This document shows positions 15,694-25,617 of a DNA stretch of 64,000 nucleotides, piece after piece. The stretch lies in NCBI GenBank assembly GCA_903896505.1, contig CAITXU010000074.1, positions 1,301-65,300 of the forward strand, written 5' to 3'. This DNA is from an uncultured Verrucomicrobiota bacterium (lineage in GTDB: Bacteria > Verrucomicrobiota > Verrucomicrobiia > Limisphaerales > UBA9464). Every line of letters starts with the position of its first letter. Position 1 is the stretch's first letter. The notes under the pieces were generated by a model, which saw nothing but the letters and a program-made list of their open reading frames with translations, ran no database searches and was not told the DNA's origin. A program made the translations under genes and the position numbers.

Positions 15694-18630
15694 CTAAGGA
15701 TCGATACGATCATGGACAGCAGCCCGGGCCCAACGCGCCTTCAGTTCAGCGGCTAATTGGGGGTCGAGCGCTTTGTTCAGGGCGATTCTGGCATCCATCC
15801 AACCTTTTAGTACCTCGGCGATTCGCACCTTATCGATGGCAGGGATGGTTGCTTCACGGGCCACAAGTTCGCGATAGGCGGTCGCCAGGCGATTCTCGGC
15901 TTCGGCTGTTTGCTTGAGGCCGAGCAAACTCAGTCCCAGCCGGCCTTCCGCGGAATATCGGTTCCAGGACCCGGGATTTGTTTCGAAGTGAATCGCAAGC
16001 TCCTTTCGCGCCATGATTTCAGCCTCGGAGAACTTCTCCCCAGCCAGCAAGGAAACAGATAACAATCCCATGACCCGGGCTAAATCCGCCGGATTAGAAC
16101 TCAGAGCAGTCGTCCCCTCAATCATGGTGCGGGCCAATTTCTCGGCCTCTGGATGACGCCTGGTGAATTGGTAAAGAATCACCAGACCGGCGCGTTTTTC
16201 AATTAAATCAACGTCTTCGGCCGCCGGTAATTGCTCAGATGATTTGAGCACTTCCAAAATCATCTGTTCCGCCTCAGTGGTTTTGTTCTGGTTGCGAAGA
16301 TACTCCGCCAGGTTAAACCTTGCCGCGATGGCGTTTGGGTGATTACTCCCTGGGTTTCTGGCAAAATGATCCGCCACGAATCTTTCAATTTTCTCAGCCC
16401 TGGCAAATTTTCCTTGGTAGGACAAAACGACCGCGAGATTATCCATCGTCGATAATGTGGTTGGATGTAATTCTCCCAACACCCGACTTCGTCGATCAAC
16501 GCATTCTTGCATAGCGCGTTCCGCTTCCTGGAAGGAGCCTTGTGTTTCCAGGATTACGCCAAGAATGAAAAGCGTTCGAAGAGTGAGTGGCTTGTCCATT
16601 CCGCCTACGCGGCGTTGCGAATCCAACACCCGGCGGGCGGTTCTCAAGCCTTCCTGATGTTTTCCGAGTTCGTATTGGATTTCGGCCAGTCGGCTTTCGG
16701 CGGCCAATGTCTCCGAATCATTTTCCCCGAGCAGGGATTTCAAGGATTGTATCGCATCCATTGCCAATGCTTCCGCTCTGTCCGCCCTCCCGGTACACAA
16801 ATAAACAAAGGACAGGTCTCTCCTGGCGATTGCTCCCTCTGTGTGCAAGTGCAGATTCTTTGTCAATTGAATCGCCTCTAGATAAAGGGTCTCTGCTTCC
16901 TTCCACCGACGCTGATCGGCAAGAGCCAAAGCCATGTCATACCTGGCCCACGTCCCCTCTCGGGACTCTTCTTTTCCGAGTGAACGGAGCGTTGTAAGCA
17001 CCATGCGATGAAAGCTCTCGGCGGTCCCAAATTCGCCCAAGGCTCGATATGTTCTTCCAAGAGTTCGACTCACTTCAGCCATTGTTTCAGGTTCCGCTGC
17101 CAGGGACACAAAGACTCGATTGGAAGCGGCAGAAAGTATATCGTGAAGAACGGGGTCTTCGCGCCCTTGGGCAATGGAGGGATTGGGTCCTTCCAGCATG
17201 TCTCGAAGAAAATCCGAAAGGCGTACCTTCTGACGCTCGGACATGCGCGCCTGGCGTTCGGACGCCATGGCGCGCACCATCAGCGAAAGGCTAACGATCA
17301 AACCAACGACAATCGCTAGAAGCACTGCTCCGGTGGCAATAAAAGCAACTCGATTCCTGGAGAAAGTCTTTCCCATCTGATACCAGATCGAGGGCGGACG
17401 TGCGACCACCGTTCTATCGGCGAGGTGATTTCCAATGTCGCTGGCCAAGGCACTCGCTGTCTCGTAGCGCCGGGTCCGGTTCTTTTCCAGACACTTCATC
17501 ACGATCCAATCCAAATCGCCTCGAATGATGGCCAGGAGGCGCATTCCTTCCGTACGGCGTGCCTTGGCTGTCGTGGTCAATGCATCGCCTTGAAGGGTGC
17601 TGAGGCGACTGCTGGGACGGGGCGGTTCGACCTCCCGGATGGTCTGTCGGATGGCATCAATGCCTACTTTAGCCAGTTCACTGGCGTCAAAAGGCGTTCG
17701 ACCGGTCAATAGCTCGTAAAGAAGGACCCCCAGGCTGTAGATATCGCTCTGTGAATCGATATCGATGCTGCTCATCTGGGCCTGCTCCGGGCTCATGTAC
17801 GCTGGAGTTCCTATAAATTGATCGAAAGCCGTGAAAACAGTCCGTTCGGTCAGTGGTCCCTGAGTGGCCTTGGCAATGCCGAAATCGATGACCTTGGGCG
17901 TCGGCTCACCGTCCGTCAGCGTGACCAGGATGTTCGATGGCTTAATGTCCCGATGGATGATCCCCTTGTTGTGGGCATGCTGAATGGCCTGGCATACCTG
18001 GACGAAAAGCTCGAGGCGCTTCCGGGTGTCCAGCTGATTTTCGTCGCAGAACTGGTTAATGGGAATTCCCCGGACCAGTTCCATGACGAAATAAGGGCGT
18101 CCCGATTCCGTGGCCCCGGCATCCAGCACTTTCGCGATGTTGGGATGATCCATCATCGCCAATGCCTGCCGCTCTGCTTCAAAACGCCCGATCACCGATG
18201 CGGTGTCCATTCCCAACTTGATCACCTTGAGCGCCACGCGGCGCCGAAACGGTTGATCCTGCTCTGCCATGAAGACTGTCCCACATCCGCCTTGTCCTAT
18301 CTGTTGCAGTAGCTTGTAGCGGCCAATGACCGATCCGGGACCTTCCCGGAGCGGTTGGATTTCCGGAATGCTGAGGCGAATAGTCTCTCGCTTGGACCGC
18401 GGAGATGTCGGGGCGTCCTTCATAAAGGAACCGGACAACGCGTGCGCGCTGAGCAGTTCGCCAAGTCGGCGACGCAGTTCCACCTCCCCGCCACAGGCGT
18501 GGTTACAAAACGACAAACGCTCTTCCACGGGGAGTTCAATCGCCTGCGAGAAGAGTTCGACAAGTCGTTCGGGGTCTATTGCGCTCATGCCAGTTTCGGT
18601 TCTACTTCTACAAACGTTGTTTTCTGGCAA
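15694..18630 (-). CDS. Hanks-type Ser/Thr protein kinase with one TM segment and a ~500-aa TPR region
   Basis: Motifs VALKVIK, HRDIKPSNILV, DFGIAK, GTPAYMSPEQ. TM segment AFIATGAVLLAIVVGLIVSLSL, followed by repeated TPR-like helices. The likely ATG start is 18588 (MSAIDPERL); the TTG at 18630 is the track start. Confidence 0.88.
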   Translation of the reverse strand: MPENNVCRSRTETGMSAIDPERLVELFSQAIELPVEERLSFCNHACGGEVELRRRLGELLSAHALSGSFMKDAPTSPRSKRETIRLSIPEIQPLREGPGSVIGRYKLLQQIGQGGCGTVFMAEQDQPFRRRVALKVIKLGMDTASVIGRFEAERQALAMMDHPNIAKVLDAGATESGRPYFVMELVRGIPINQFCDENQLDTRKRLELFVQVCQAIQHAHNKGIIHRDIKPSNILVTLTDGEPTPKVIDFGIAKATQGPLTERTVFTAFDQFIGTPAYMSPEQAQMSSIDIDSQSDIYSLGVLLYELLTGRTPFDASELAKVGIDAIRQTIREVEPPRPSSRLSTLQGDALTTTAKARRTEGMRLLAIIRGDLDWIVMKCLEKNRTRRYETASALASDIGNHLADRTVVARPPSIWYQMGKTFSRNRVAFIATGAVLLAIVVGLIVSLSLMVRAMASERQARMSERQKVRLSDFLRDMLEGPNPSIAQGREDPVLHDILSAASNRVFVSLAAEPETMAEVSRTLGRTYRALGEFGTAESFHRMVLTTLRSLGKEESREGTWARYDMALALADQRRWKEAETLYLEAIQLTKNLHLHTEGAIARRDLSFVYLCTGRADRAEALAMDAIQSLKSLLGENDSETLAAESRLAEIQYELGKHQEGLRTARRVLDSQRRVGGMDKPLTLRTLFILGVILETQGSFQEAERAMQECVDRRSRVLGELHPTTLSTMDNLAVVLSYQGKFARAEKIERFVADHFARNPGSNHPNAIAARFNLAEYLRNQNKTTEAEQMILEVLKSSEQLPAAEDVDLIEKRAGLVILYQFTRRHPEAEKLARTMIEGTTALSSNPADLARVMGLLSVSLLAGEKFSEAEIMARKELAIHFETNPGSWNRYSAEGRLGLSLLGLKQTAEAENRLATAYRELVAREATIPAIDKVRIAEVLKGWMDARIALNKALDPQLAAELKARWARAAVHDRIDP

Positions 18631-18655
18631 AAAAGCTCACCCAAAGATGAATTAA

Positions 18656-19276
18656 TTACTGGTCGCTCTTCAGGTGATGGAATAGCCATGCGCGGGCAAA
18701 GGTCAGTTGACGCTTTGCTGTGGCGGGACTTATGCCGAGAACGGCGGCCGCTTCCTGGATATTCAATCCACAGAAATAGCGCAATTCCACCAGTCGCGCT
18801 TGGTCTGGACCTACCAACGCCAATTGATCCAAGGCAGAGTTGATACGTAACACACTTTCCGGACGGTCCGTCGCCGCAACGTCGATGTCGTCGAGAGATA
18901 CCGATGGCTGCCCGCTGCCATGCCGTTGCCGCAATTTCCGCCGAGCTCGATCAATCAGAATATGGCGCATCGCCTGGGTCGCCGACGCCAGGAAGTGCGA
19001 TTGCCCAGCCCAAACCTGATTGCCGCCATTTCCCAGTTTGATCCAGGCCTCGTGCACCAACGCCGTCGCCTGCAACGTGTTGGAAGGGGACTGTCCAGCC
19101 ATCATTTGCCCTGCCATTTGCCGTAACTCGTTGTATAATAACCGTAGAAGAGTCTCAGCCCTCAGAGCATTGTCTGAAGTTTCGATGTCAGGAGCTCCCA
19201 TTGGAGGCTGCGGAGGAGGCGGGCTCGCTTCCGAAGGGGACAGGGAGGGGATTGGGTCGGTATTAGACTCTACCAT
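18656..19276 (-). CDS. ECF-type sigma-70 family factor (TIGR02999-like, kinase-associated class)
   Basis: 206 aa. Region 2: LLRLLYNELRQMAGQMM...TLQATALVHEAWIKL. Region 4: LVELRYFCGLNIQEAAAVLGISPATAKRQLTFARAWL. Confidence 0.82.
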   Translation of the reverse strand: MVESNTDPIPSLSPSEASPPPPQPPMGAPDIETSDNALRAETLLRLLYNELRQMAGQMMAGQSPSNTLQATALVHEAWIKLGNGGNQVWAGQSHFLASATQAMRHILIDRARRKLRQRHGSGQPSVSLDDIDVAATDRPESVLRINSALDQLALVGPDQARLVELRYFCGLNIQEAAAVLGISPATAKRQLTFARAWLFHHLKSDQ

Positions 19277-19584
19277 TCCTTCCTGAACGATAAAGGGTGA
19301 ATGGTTAAACTGACAATTACGAACGGCACCAATTTGCGGTTGACCTCCACTTCAATTCAGGCAGACCCCACCCGTTTTTCGCCAGCCCAGGCGGCTCACA
19401 CGAACGCCGCTGAAATAGGGTGGTTTTCTATGCTCTCCGAGCACTCTGTGTTTGGACTCTTGCTGACAGTCCCGAGGATCGACCATAGAGAAAGAAGAAT
19501 GGGGCGATGGGGCCGAAGGACGCGGATCCAGACCGCAGGCCGTTTGAACCATGCCCGTCACGCGATTGGGAACGGCCCGGGTTC

Positions 19585-19679
19585 GGTTGGAGCCTCGCTA
19601 CCCAGGGTTCTTTAGCCAGGAAAAGTCGATGATCCACGCAATGATCGTGGATATGCGGGATCGCGTCCCTCCCTCGGGG
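19585..19679. repeat. palindromic repeat family, degenerate copy D
   Basis: ggttggagcctcgctacccagggttctttagccaggaaaagtcgatgatccacgcaatgatcgtggatatgcgggatcgcgtccctccctcgggg is collinear with the flank plus left core of copy C (31748-31860), with many substitutions. Confidence 0.55.
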
Positions 19680-19717
19680 TGGCTGGATCCTAGCTGATAC
19701 TCCTCTGAATCAATCGG

Positions 19718-21103
19718 TTACAGCGGTCCACCCCCAAGGGCACGGTAGAGTTGGACAACGGATTGCAGGATGTTGCGGCGGGCCTGAGCCAGGACCAGTT
19801 CGGCGCTGAGAGACTCTTGTTCGTTGTAGAGTAACTCGAGATAGCTTGTCACCCCGCCGATGTATCGGACGTCAGCAAGCCGTGCGGCATCCCGGCGAGC
19901 TAAGGTCAGGGCCAATTGGTCGACCTCGAATTCCCGGGCTTTTTGGTAGCCGACCAACGCATTGGAGACATCCCGGAAGGCGCTCTCGACGGTCTTTTGA
20001 TAGGTGGCCAGGGCTTCTTCAAATCGGGCCTTAGCCAATCGGTTCTGAGCCCGAATCTTACCGCCAGTGAAGAGCGGCAGCGAAACGGAGGGGCCGAATT
20101 GCCAGACCCGGGCGGGACTGGTGAAGAGGTCAGACAATGACAAACTTTGGTACCCAAAACTGCCGGTCAGCGTGATTTGCGGGAAATAGGCGGCTCGGGC
20201 CTGGCCGACGTCGGCATTGGCCGCAATCAGTTGTTGCTCCGCCAGGCGGATATCCGGTCGGTTTAAGAGCAGTTCGGATGGCAGACCGGTTGGAATCTCC
20301 CCGGGATTGGTCTGGTCGGCCAAAAGGCGGCCCCGGGGAATTTCTCCGGGGTCGAGTCCCAACAGCAACCGAAGGTCATTTTCGGTTTGTGTGCGGCGAC
20401 GTTCAATGTCGATTTGGGTCGATTTGGCGGCGTGGACCAGGACCTCCGATTGACGAACGTCCTGAAGCGAGGCCACCCCGCCGGTTTCGCGGACGGTCAC
20501 CAACCGCAGGGAATTGGTGCGGTTGAGGTAGGACTGCCGGGCAATCTCCCGTTCGGCATCGAGTTCAATCAAGGAGAAGTAGGTGGCGGCGATTTCAGCC
20601 AGAACGGTTTGAGTTACCACGGTCCGGCTTTCCTCGGAAGCGAGGAGTCGTGCCCGGGCGGCTTCATTCGAGCGGCGGATGCGGCCCCAGAGGTCCACCT
20701 CGTAGGTAGCCATTCCCAAGGCAACCCCGCCGTATTCGACTTCGGGATTGATCCCATTGGGGGGAGCCGACGGTCCCCGTTGGGAAACCCGGGCAGTCGT
20801 CAGGTTTCCGCCAGCCGCAATGTTGGGAAAGTACTCGGAGCGAGCGATTCCCAATGAGGCGCGGGCTTGCAAGACTCGGGCGGAGGCGATCCGGAGATCG
20901 TAATTGTTGGTCAGGCCCCGGGCGAGTAGTTGCTGCAGGTTGGTATCGGTGAGCAGGGTCGACCAGCTCAGGTTGGTTCCAGGACTGTTGGTCGCGGCAT
21001 CACGATATTGGTTCGGGACCGCGGTTTCCGGCCGATGATAATCGGGACCGACGGCGCAGCCGAACAGGAGGCAGAGACCGAGAAAGAAGGGGAAAGGCTT
21101 CAT
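19718..21103 (-). CDS. RND efflux outer-membrane lipoprotein, NodT/OprM family
   Basis: ATG at 21103 gives MKPFPFFLGLCLLFGCAVGPDYHRPE (lipobox). Two OEP repeats follow. It overlaps the pump stop by 1 nt. The track extension to 21316 is spurious. Confidence 0.88.
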   Translation of the reverse strand: MKPFPFFLGLCLLFGCAVGPDYHRPETAVPNQYRDAATNSPGTNLSWSTLLTDTNLQQLLARGLTNNYDLRIASARVLQARASLGIARSEYFPNIAAGGNLTTARVSQRGPSAPPNGINPEVEYGGVALGMATYEVDLWGRIRRSNEAARARLLASEESRTVVTQTVLAEIAATYFSLIELDAEREIARQSYLNRTNSLRLVTVRETGGVASLQDVRQSEVLVHAAKSTQIDIERRRTQTENDLRLLLGLDPGEIPRGRLLADQTNPGEIPTGLPSELLLNRPDIRLAEQQLIAANADVGQARAAYFPQITLTGSFGYQSLSLSDLFTSPARVWQFGPSVSLPLFTGGKIRAQNRLAKARFEEALATYQKTVESAFRDVSNALVGYQKAREFEVDQLALTLARRDAARLADVRYIGGVTSYLELLYNEQESLSAELVLAQARRNILQSVVQLYRALGGGPL

Positions 21104-24100
21104 CAGTGTCCTCCCCCAGTTACGGGTGCCGGTGCGTGGGGAGTTTCCGGTACCGCCTTGGGAGGCACCTTCACCCACCACTGGGTAAATACAAAACAGA
21201 CCGGCACCAGGAAGATGCCACCGATGGTGGTTACCGTCATTCCGCAAACCACCGCGGTTCCCATGACCTGTCGGGCTGCAGCGCCCGAACCGGAGGCGAT
21301 GGCCAACGGAACACAACCCAGAATGAAGGCGAAGCTGGTCATGAGAATCGGACGGAGTCGGAGGCGGGCTCCGGCAATGGCTGCGTCAATAAGTGAGTCA
21401 CCTTCCATCCGTCGCATCTGGGCAAACTCGACAATCAGAATGGCGTTCTTAGCCGCGAGTCCGACCAGCATGATCAACCCAATCTGTCCGTACACATTCA
21501 GGTCGAAAGAGCGAAGCAGCAGGCCCAGGAATGTGCCCAAGGCCACCAGCGGTGTGGCCAACAAGACGGCGAAGGGCAGGGACCAGCTTTCGTATTGCGC
21601 GGCCAGTAGCAGGAAGACAAACAGGATGGCCAGCCCGAAAATAACACCCGCCTGACCTTCGGCCTTTTTCTCCTGCAAGGTCAGCCCGCTCCATTCGTAG
21701 CTCATGTCTGACGGAAGGATTTGCCGGGCTACTTCTTCCATGGCGGCGATGGCCTGAGCGGAGGTGTAACCAGCGGCAGGAGTTCCGGTGATTTCCGCTG
21801 TCCGATAGAGATTATAGCGGGTGGTGGCGGCGGGTCCCTGGGTCTTGCTGACCTTCACGAGTGTATCCAACGGGATCATCTTGCCGGTGGTGCTGCGGAC
21901 AAAAAAGCGACCGATGTCTTCCGGTTTGTTGGTAAACTCGGGTTCTGCCTGGAGGAACACACGAAAGACGCGACCGAACCGGACGAAGTCATTGATGTAG
22001 GCACCGCCGAGATAGGCTTGAAGGGTGTTGAAGACATCGGAGACGCGGACGCCCAGCATCTGGGCTTTCTGGCGGTCGAGGTCGACCTTGACCTGGGGCA
22101 TCGTGGGGCGGAATCCGGAGTAGAGGCGGGTCAGTTCGGGGCGCTTGGACGCTTCGGCGATGAATTTCTGCAATTGATCGGCGAGCCGTTCCACCGAGCC
22201 GCCGCTGCGGTCCTGAAGCTCAAAGGTGAATCCCGCTGCATTGCCGAATCCGGGAAGGGCAGGTGGGCCAAAAACGAGGATGCGGGCCTGGGGAATGAGG
22301 AAAAATTTCTTCGTCAATCCCATGCCAAGACCGCGACCCCTCAGCTGAGGAGTCGAACGCTCCTTCCAATCCTTCAGGCCAACGAACCAGGTGCAGGCAT
22401 TGGGAGTGACCGCGCCCGTCAGAATGTTGAGTCCGCCGATGGTCGCGAAATCGGAAATGCCATCCGTCGTGCCCAGCACTTCCTCCACCTTCCGTGCCAT
22501 CTCGTCGGTCCGTTGCAGGGAGGCGGCATCGGGTAATTCGGCTGCCACGAAAAGGTAGCCTTTGTCCTCGTTGGGTATAAAACCGCCGGGCACCACTTTG
22601 GCCAGCAGGAGCACGGCCACGATCACGGCCACCAGGATGAACATTGAGCGGACAATCCGGCGCACCAGGAATCCAACGATTCCGGCGTAGGTTCCGGTTG
22701 CTCGATCGAAATATTTGTTGAATTGAGTGAAAAACCAACCCAAGGGGCCGCGCTTCTCACCGGGCTTGCGCAGAAGCATTGCGCACAGCGCGGGGCTCAA
22801 GGTGAGCGCATTGATCGCCGAGAAAATGACCGAGACCGCGATGGTGATGGCAAACTGTTTATAGAGGGCGCCTGTCAGACCGCCCATGAAGGCGACCGGA
22901 ACAAATACTGCGCACAATACCAAGGCGATAGCGATCACCGGACCGGACACCTCCTGCATGGCTTTCCTGGTGGCCTCCTTCGGCTCGAGTCCATGTTCGA
23001 GATGATGCTGAACGGCCTCGACCACGACGATGGCATCGTCCACGACAATACCGATGGCAAGCACCAGGCCGAAGAGGGTGAGCGTATTGACCGAAAAGCC
23101 CAGCAGAGGGAAAATGGCAAAGGTTCCGATGAGGGAGACGGGAACCGTCAACAAGGGGATGAAGGTGGCGCGGGCGCTCTGAAGGAAAATAAACACCACC
23201 AGGATCACGAGGACGATGGCCTCGAACAGGGTGTGGACAATTTCCTCCATCGACGCCTTGATGGGGCGGGTGGAATCGAGAATGACTTTGTAGGCGACGT
23301 CGGGCGGAAAGCGTTGGGCGCTCTCGACCAGCAATTTTTGAATGGCATCGGCGGTGGCGATGGCGTTTCCACCCGGAGCCAGGTAGACGCCGAGGACCGC
23401 ACCCTGGGAACGATTCACCCGGGCGAACAGATTGTAGGTCTGCGCCCCCAACTCCACCCGGGCGACATCCTTGACCTTGACCTCGCCACCTTCGGGATTC
23501 GAACGAACGATGATTTCCCCGAACTCGGCGGGTTCGCGGAGAAGCCCACTTGCCCGGACGTTGAACTGATACTCGGTGCCCGGTTTGGCCGGCTCGGAAC
23601 CAATCTGTCCGGCGGCGGACTGGATGTTTTGGTCACGAACAGCATTGAGAACATCGGCTGCGGTCAGTCCCAAGGCGGCCAGTTTGTCGGGCCGCACCCA
23701 CAAGCGCATCGAGTAGTCCGGCGCGGTGAAGTTTTTGACGCTCCCGACCCCGTTTACACGGGCGATGGCGTCCACCAGGTTGATATTGGCATAATTACCC
23801 AGGAAAACGCCGTCGTAGGTATTACTGGGTGACGATAGCCCGATGACCATCAGAATGTCCGGGCTGGAACGTTCCACCTTCAGTCCCTGCTGCTGAACCG
23901 AACCGGGCAACTGGGACTGGGCCAGGGCGGTCCGGTTCTGGGTATTGACCTGGGCGATGTCCACATCCGTGCCCACTTCAAAAGTGGTTTGAAGCGACAT
24001 GCTCCCATCGCTGCCATTCAGCGACTTCAGGTAAAGCATGTTTTGGACGCCGTTGATTTGGGACTCGATCGGAGTGGCCACCGATTGTTCGACCGCTTCG

Positions 24101-24261
24101 GCATCGGCACCTCGATAGGTGGCGCTGACCTGAATGGTGGGCGGACTGACGTTCGGGTATTCTGAAATCGGCAGCCGGAGCAGTGTGACACCGCCAACAA
24201 TCACGGTCAGGATGGCGATGACGATCGCCACGATGGGGCGCCGGATAAAAAAGTCGCCCAT
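21103..24261 (-). CDS. RND multidrug efflux permease (HAE1, AcrB/MexB-like)
   Basis: 1052 aa. Starts MGDFFIRRPIVAIVIAILTVIVG, with a 12-TM architecture and large periplasmic loops. Confidence 0.93.
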   Translation of the reverse strand: MGDFFIRRPIVAIVIAILTVIVGGVTLLRLPISEYPNVSPPTIQVSATYRGADAEAVEQSVATPIESQINGVQNMLYLKSLNGSDGSMSLQTTFEVGTDVDIAQVNTQNRTALAQSQLPGSVQQQGLKVERSSPDILMVIGLSSPSNTYDGVFLGNYANINLVDAIARVNGVGSVKNFTAPDYSMRLWVRPDKLAALGLTAADVLNAVRDQNIQSAAGQIGSEPAKPGTEYQFNVRASGLLREPAEFGEIIVRSNPEGGEVKVKDVARVELGAQTYNLFARVNRSQGAVLGVYLAPGGNAIATADAIQKLLVESAQRFPPDVAYKVILDSTRPIKASMEEIVHTLFEAIVLVILVVFIFLQSARATFIPLLTVPVSLIGTFAIFPLLGFSVNTLTLFGLVLAIGIVVDDAIVVVEAVQHHLEHGLEPKEATRKAMQEVSGPVIAIALVLCAVFVPVAFMGGLTGALYKQFAITIAVSVIFSAINALTLSPALCAMLLRKPGEKRGPLGWFFTQFNKYFDRATGTYAGIVGFLVRRIVRSMFILVAVIVAVLLLAKVVPGGFIPNEDKGYLFVAAELPDAASLQRTDEMARKVEEVLGTTDGISDFATIGGLNILTGAVTPNACTWFVGLKDWKERSTPQLRGRGLGMGLTKKFFLIPQARILVFGPPALPGFGNAAGFTFELQDRSGGSVERLADQLQKFIAEASKRPELTRLYSGFRPTMPQVKVDLDRQKAQMLGVRVSDVFNTLQAYLGGAYINDFVRFGRVFRVFLQAEPEFTNKPEDIGRFFVRSTTGKMIPLDTLVKVSKTQGPAATTRYNLYRTAEITGTPAAGYTSAQAIAAMEEVARQILPSDMSYEWSGLTLQEKKAEGQAGVIFGLAILFVFLLLAAQYESWSLPFAVLLATPLVALGTFLGLLLRSFDLNVYGQIGLIMLVGLAAKNAILIVEFAQMRRMEGDSLIDAAIAGARLRLRPILMTSFAFILGCVPLAIASGSGAAARQVMGTAVVCGMTVTTIGGIFLVPVCFVFTQWWVKVPPKAVPETPHAPAPVTGGGH

Positions 24262-24264
24262 GGT

Positions 24265-25461
24265 TTAGCGAGTGGGGGTGGAGGTCAGGCTGATGAGGGC
24301 CTTGAGCGGGGCGTCGCTAATGGTTCCGGGCGTCGGGTCCACCGTGGCATCCGGCCGGACCTTGCTGAGTCCCTCGATAACGATGCGCTCACCCGGTTTT
24401 AAACCACTTTCGACGAGCCAGAGACTTCCAATTCGGGCTCCCATGACGGTGCGGCGAAACGAAACCTTTCCGGACGCGTCGACCACCCAGACGTTGTTTT
24501 GCCCCTGGATTTCCTGAACCGCCCGCTGAGGAACCAGGATGGCGTTTTCCCGTTCGGGCAGGCTGATGCGAATTCGGGCGAATTGCCCGGGGCGGACAAT
24601 TTTATCTGGATTCGGAAATGCCACACGAATTTTGAGGGTGCCGGTGGTGGGGTCCACGGTTCGTTCGGCAAAGACAAATTGTCCTGGGTGGGGATGAATG
24701 GAATCATCCGGAAGGAGGAGGGAGACGGCGAGTTTTCGTGCGTCGTTTGTCGCTGCCTCCTTTCGGACACGGAGGTATTCGACCTCGCTCACGGTAATCT
24801 GTACCCGAATGGGGTCGAGAGGGGAGATGGTGGCCAGGAGGGTGGGACTACCCTTGCCCACCAATGCGCCGATATCGACCTGTTTGGAACCGATGAGGCC
24901 GGAAATGGGGGCGTGAACTTCGCAATACCCGAGGTCCAACTCGGCGGATCGGACATCGGCCTCAGCGCCATCGACTGCGGCGCTGGTCTGATTTTGCGCT
25001 GCAAGGGCGTTTTCGTAGTCCTGGCGTGGAATCGCCCGTTGTTCGGCGAGGGGCTTCAAGCGATTGACATCGGTGATGGCCTTTGCCCGTGCGGCCTGAA
25101 GTTCGGCCAGCTTTCCTTTAGCTCGACGCAACCGTTGCTCCAACGGTTCCTTCTCAATCGTAAACAGGAGGTCACCCTCTTTGACTTCGGTTCCCTCCTT
25201 GAAGGTCAGTTTCTCGATGATGCCTTCCACCCGGGCGCGGACTTCCACGGTGGCGATGGCTTCCGTCTGCCCGATGAATTCGTCGAACAGTGGCACGTTG
25301 CGCACCAGGACTTCAGCGACGTCGACCTTGGCCGGTGGCAGGGCGGTGGCTGTGGTGTCGGCCTTTTTGCACCCCACCCAGGCGGTGCAGGCAGCCAACA
25401 GAAGCCATCGACAGATTGTTGTAGGGGTCGGCGTAAAAACCATGCTGGGAGATAATGACAA
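24265..25461 (-). CDS. RND efflux periplasmic adaptor (membrane fusion protein, AcrA/MexA-like)
   Basis: 398 aa. Lipobox AWVGC, coiled-coil hairpin region, beta-barrel and MP domains. Its stop lies 3 nt before the pump start. Confidence 0.88.
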   Translation of the reverse strand: MSLSPSMVFTPTPTTICRWLLLAACTAWVGCKKADTTATALPPAKVDVAEVLVRNVPLFDEFIGQTEAIATVEVRARVEGIIEKLTFKEGTEVKEGDLLFTIEKEPLEQRLRRAKGKLAELQAARAKAITDVNRLKPLAEQRAIPRQDYENALAAQNQTSAAVDGAEADVRSAELDLGYCEVHAPISGLIGSKQVDIGALVGKGSPTLLATISPLDPIRVQITVSEVEYLRVRKEAATNDARKLAVSLLLPDDSIHPHPGQFVFAERTVDPTTGTLKIRVAFPNPDKIVRPGQFARIRISLPERENAILVPQRAVQEIQGQNNVWVVDASGKVSFRRTVMGARIGSLWLVESGLKPGERIVIEGLSKVRPDATVDPTPGTISDAPLKALISLTSTPTR

Positions 25462-25617
25462 AGCTCGATTCCAGGTGCAATCGTCGGTTATTCAACATCA
25501 ATGACTTTGGCCTTTCGCGGCCGGCAACGCGTGAGCGGATTGGCGCTGGATGTTCGTTCGACCATGATTTGATTTTTCCTGCTGTTCCCGGTCGGAATTC
25601 CCCGGTAGACCAAGAAA

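Noticed and set aside
21103-25461. The RND efflux triad as a novelty candidate.
   Set aside because: It is a standard MFP-RND-NodT operon with canonical motifs and overlaps. The only oddity is the absence of an adjacent TetR-type regulator, which is common.
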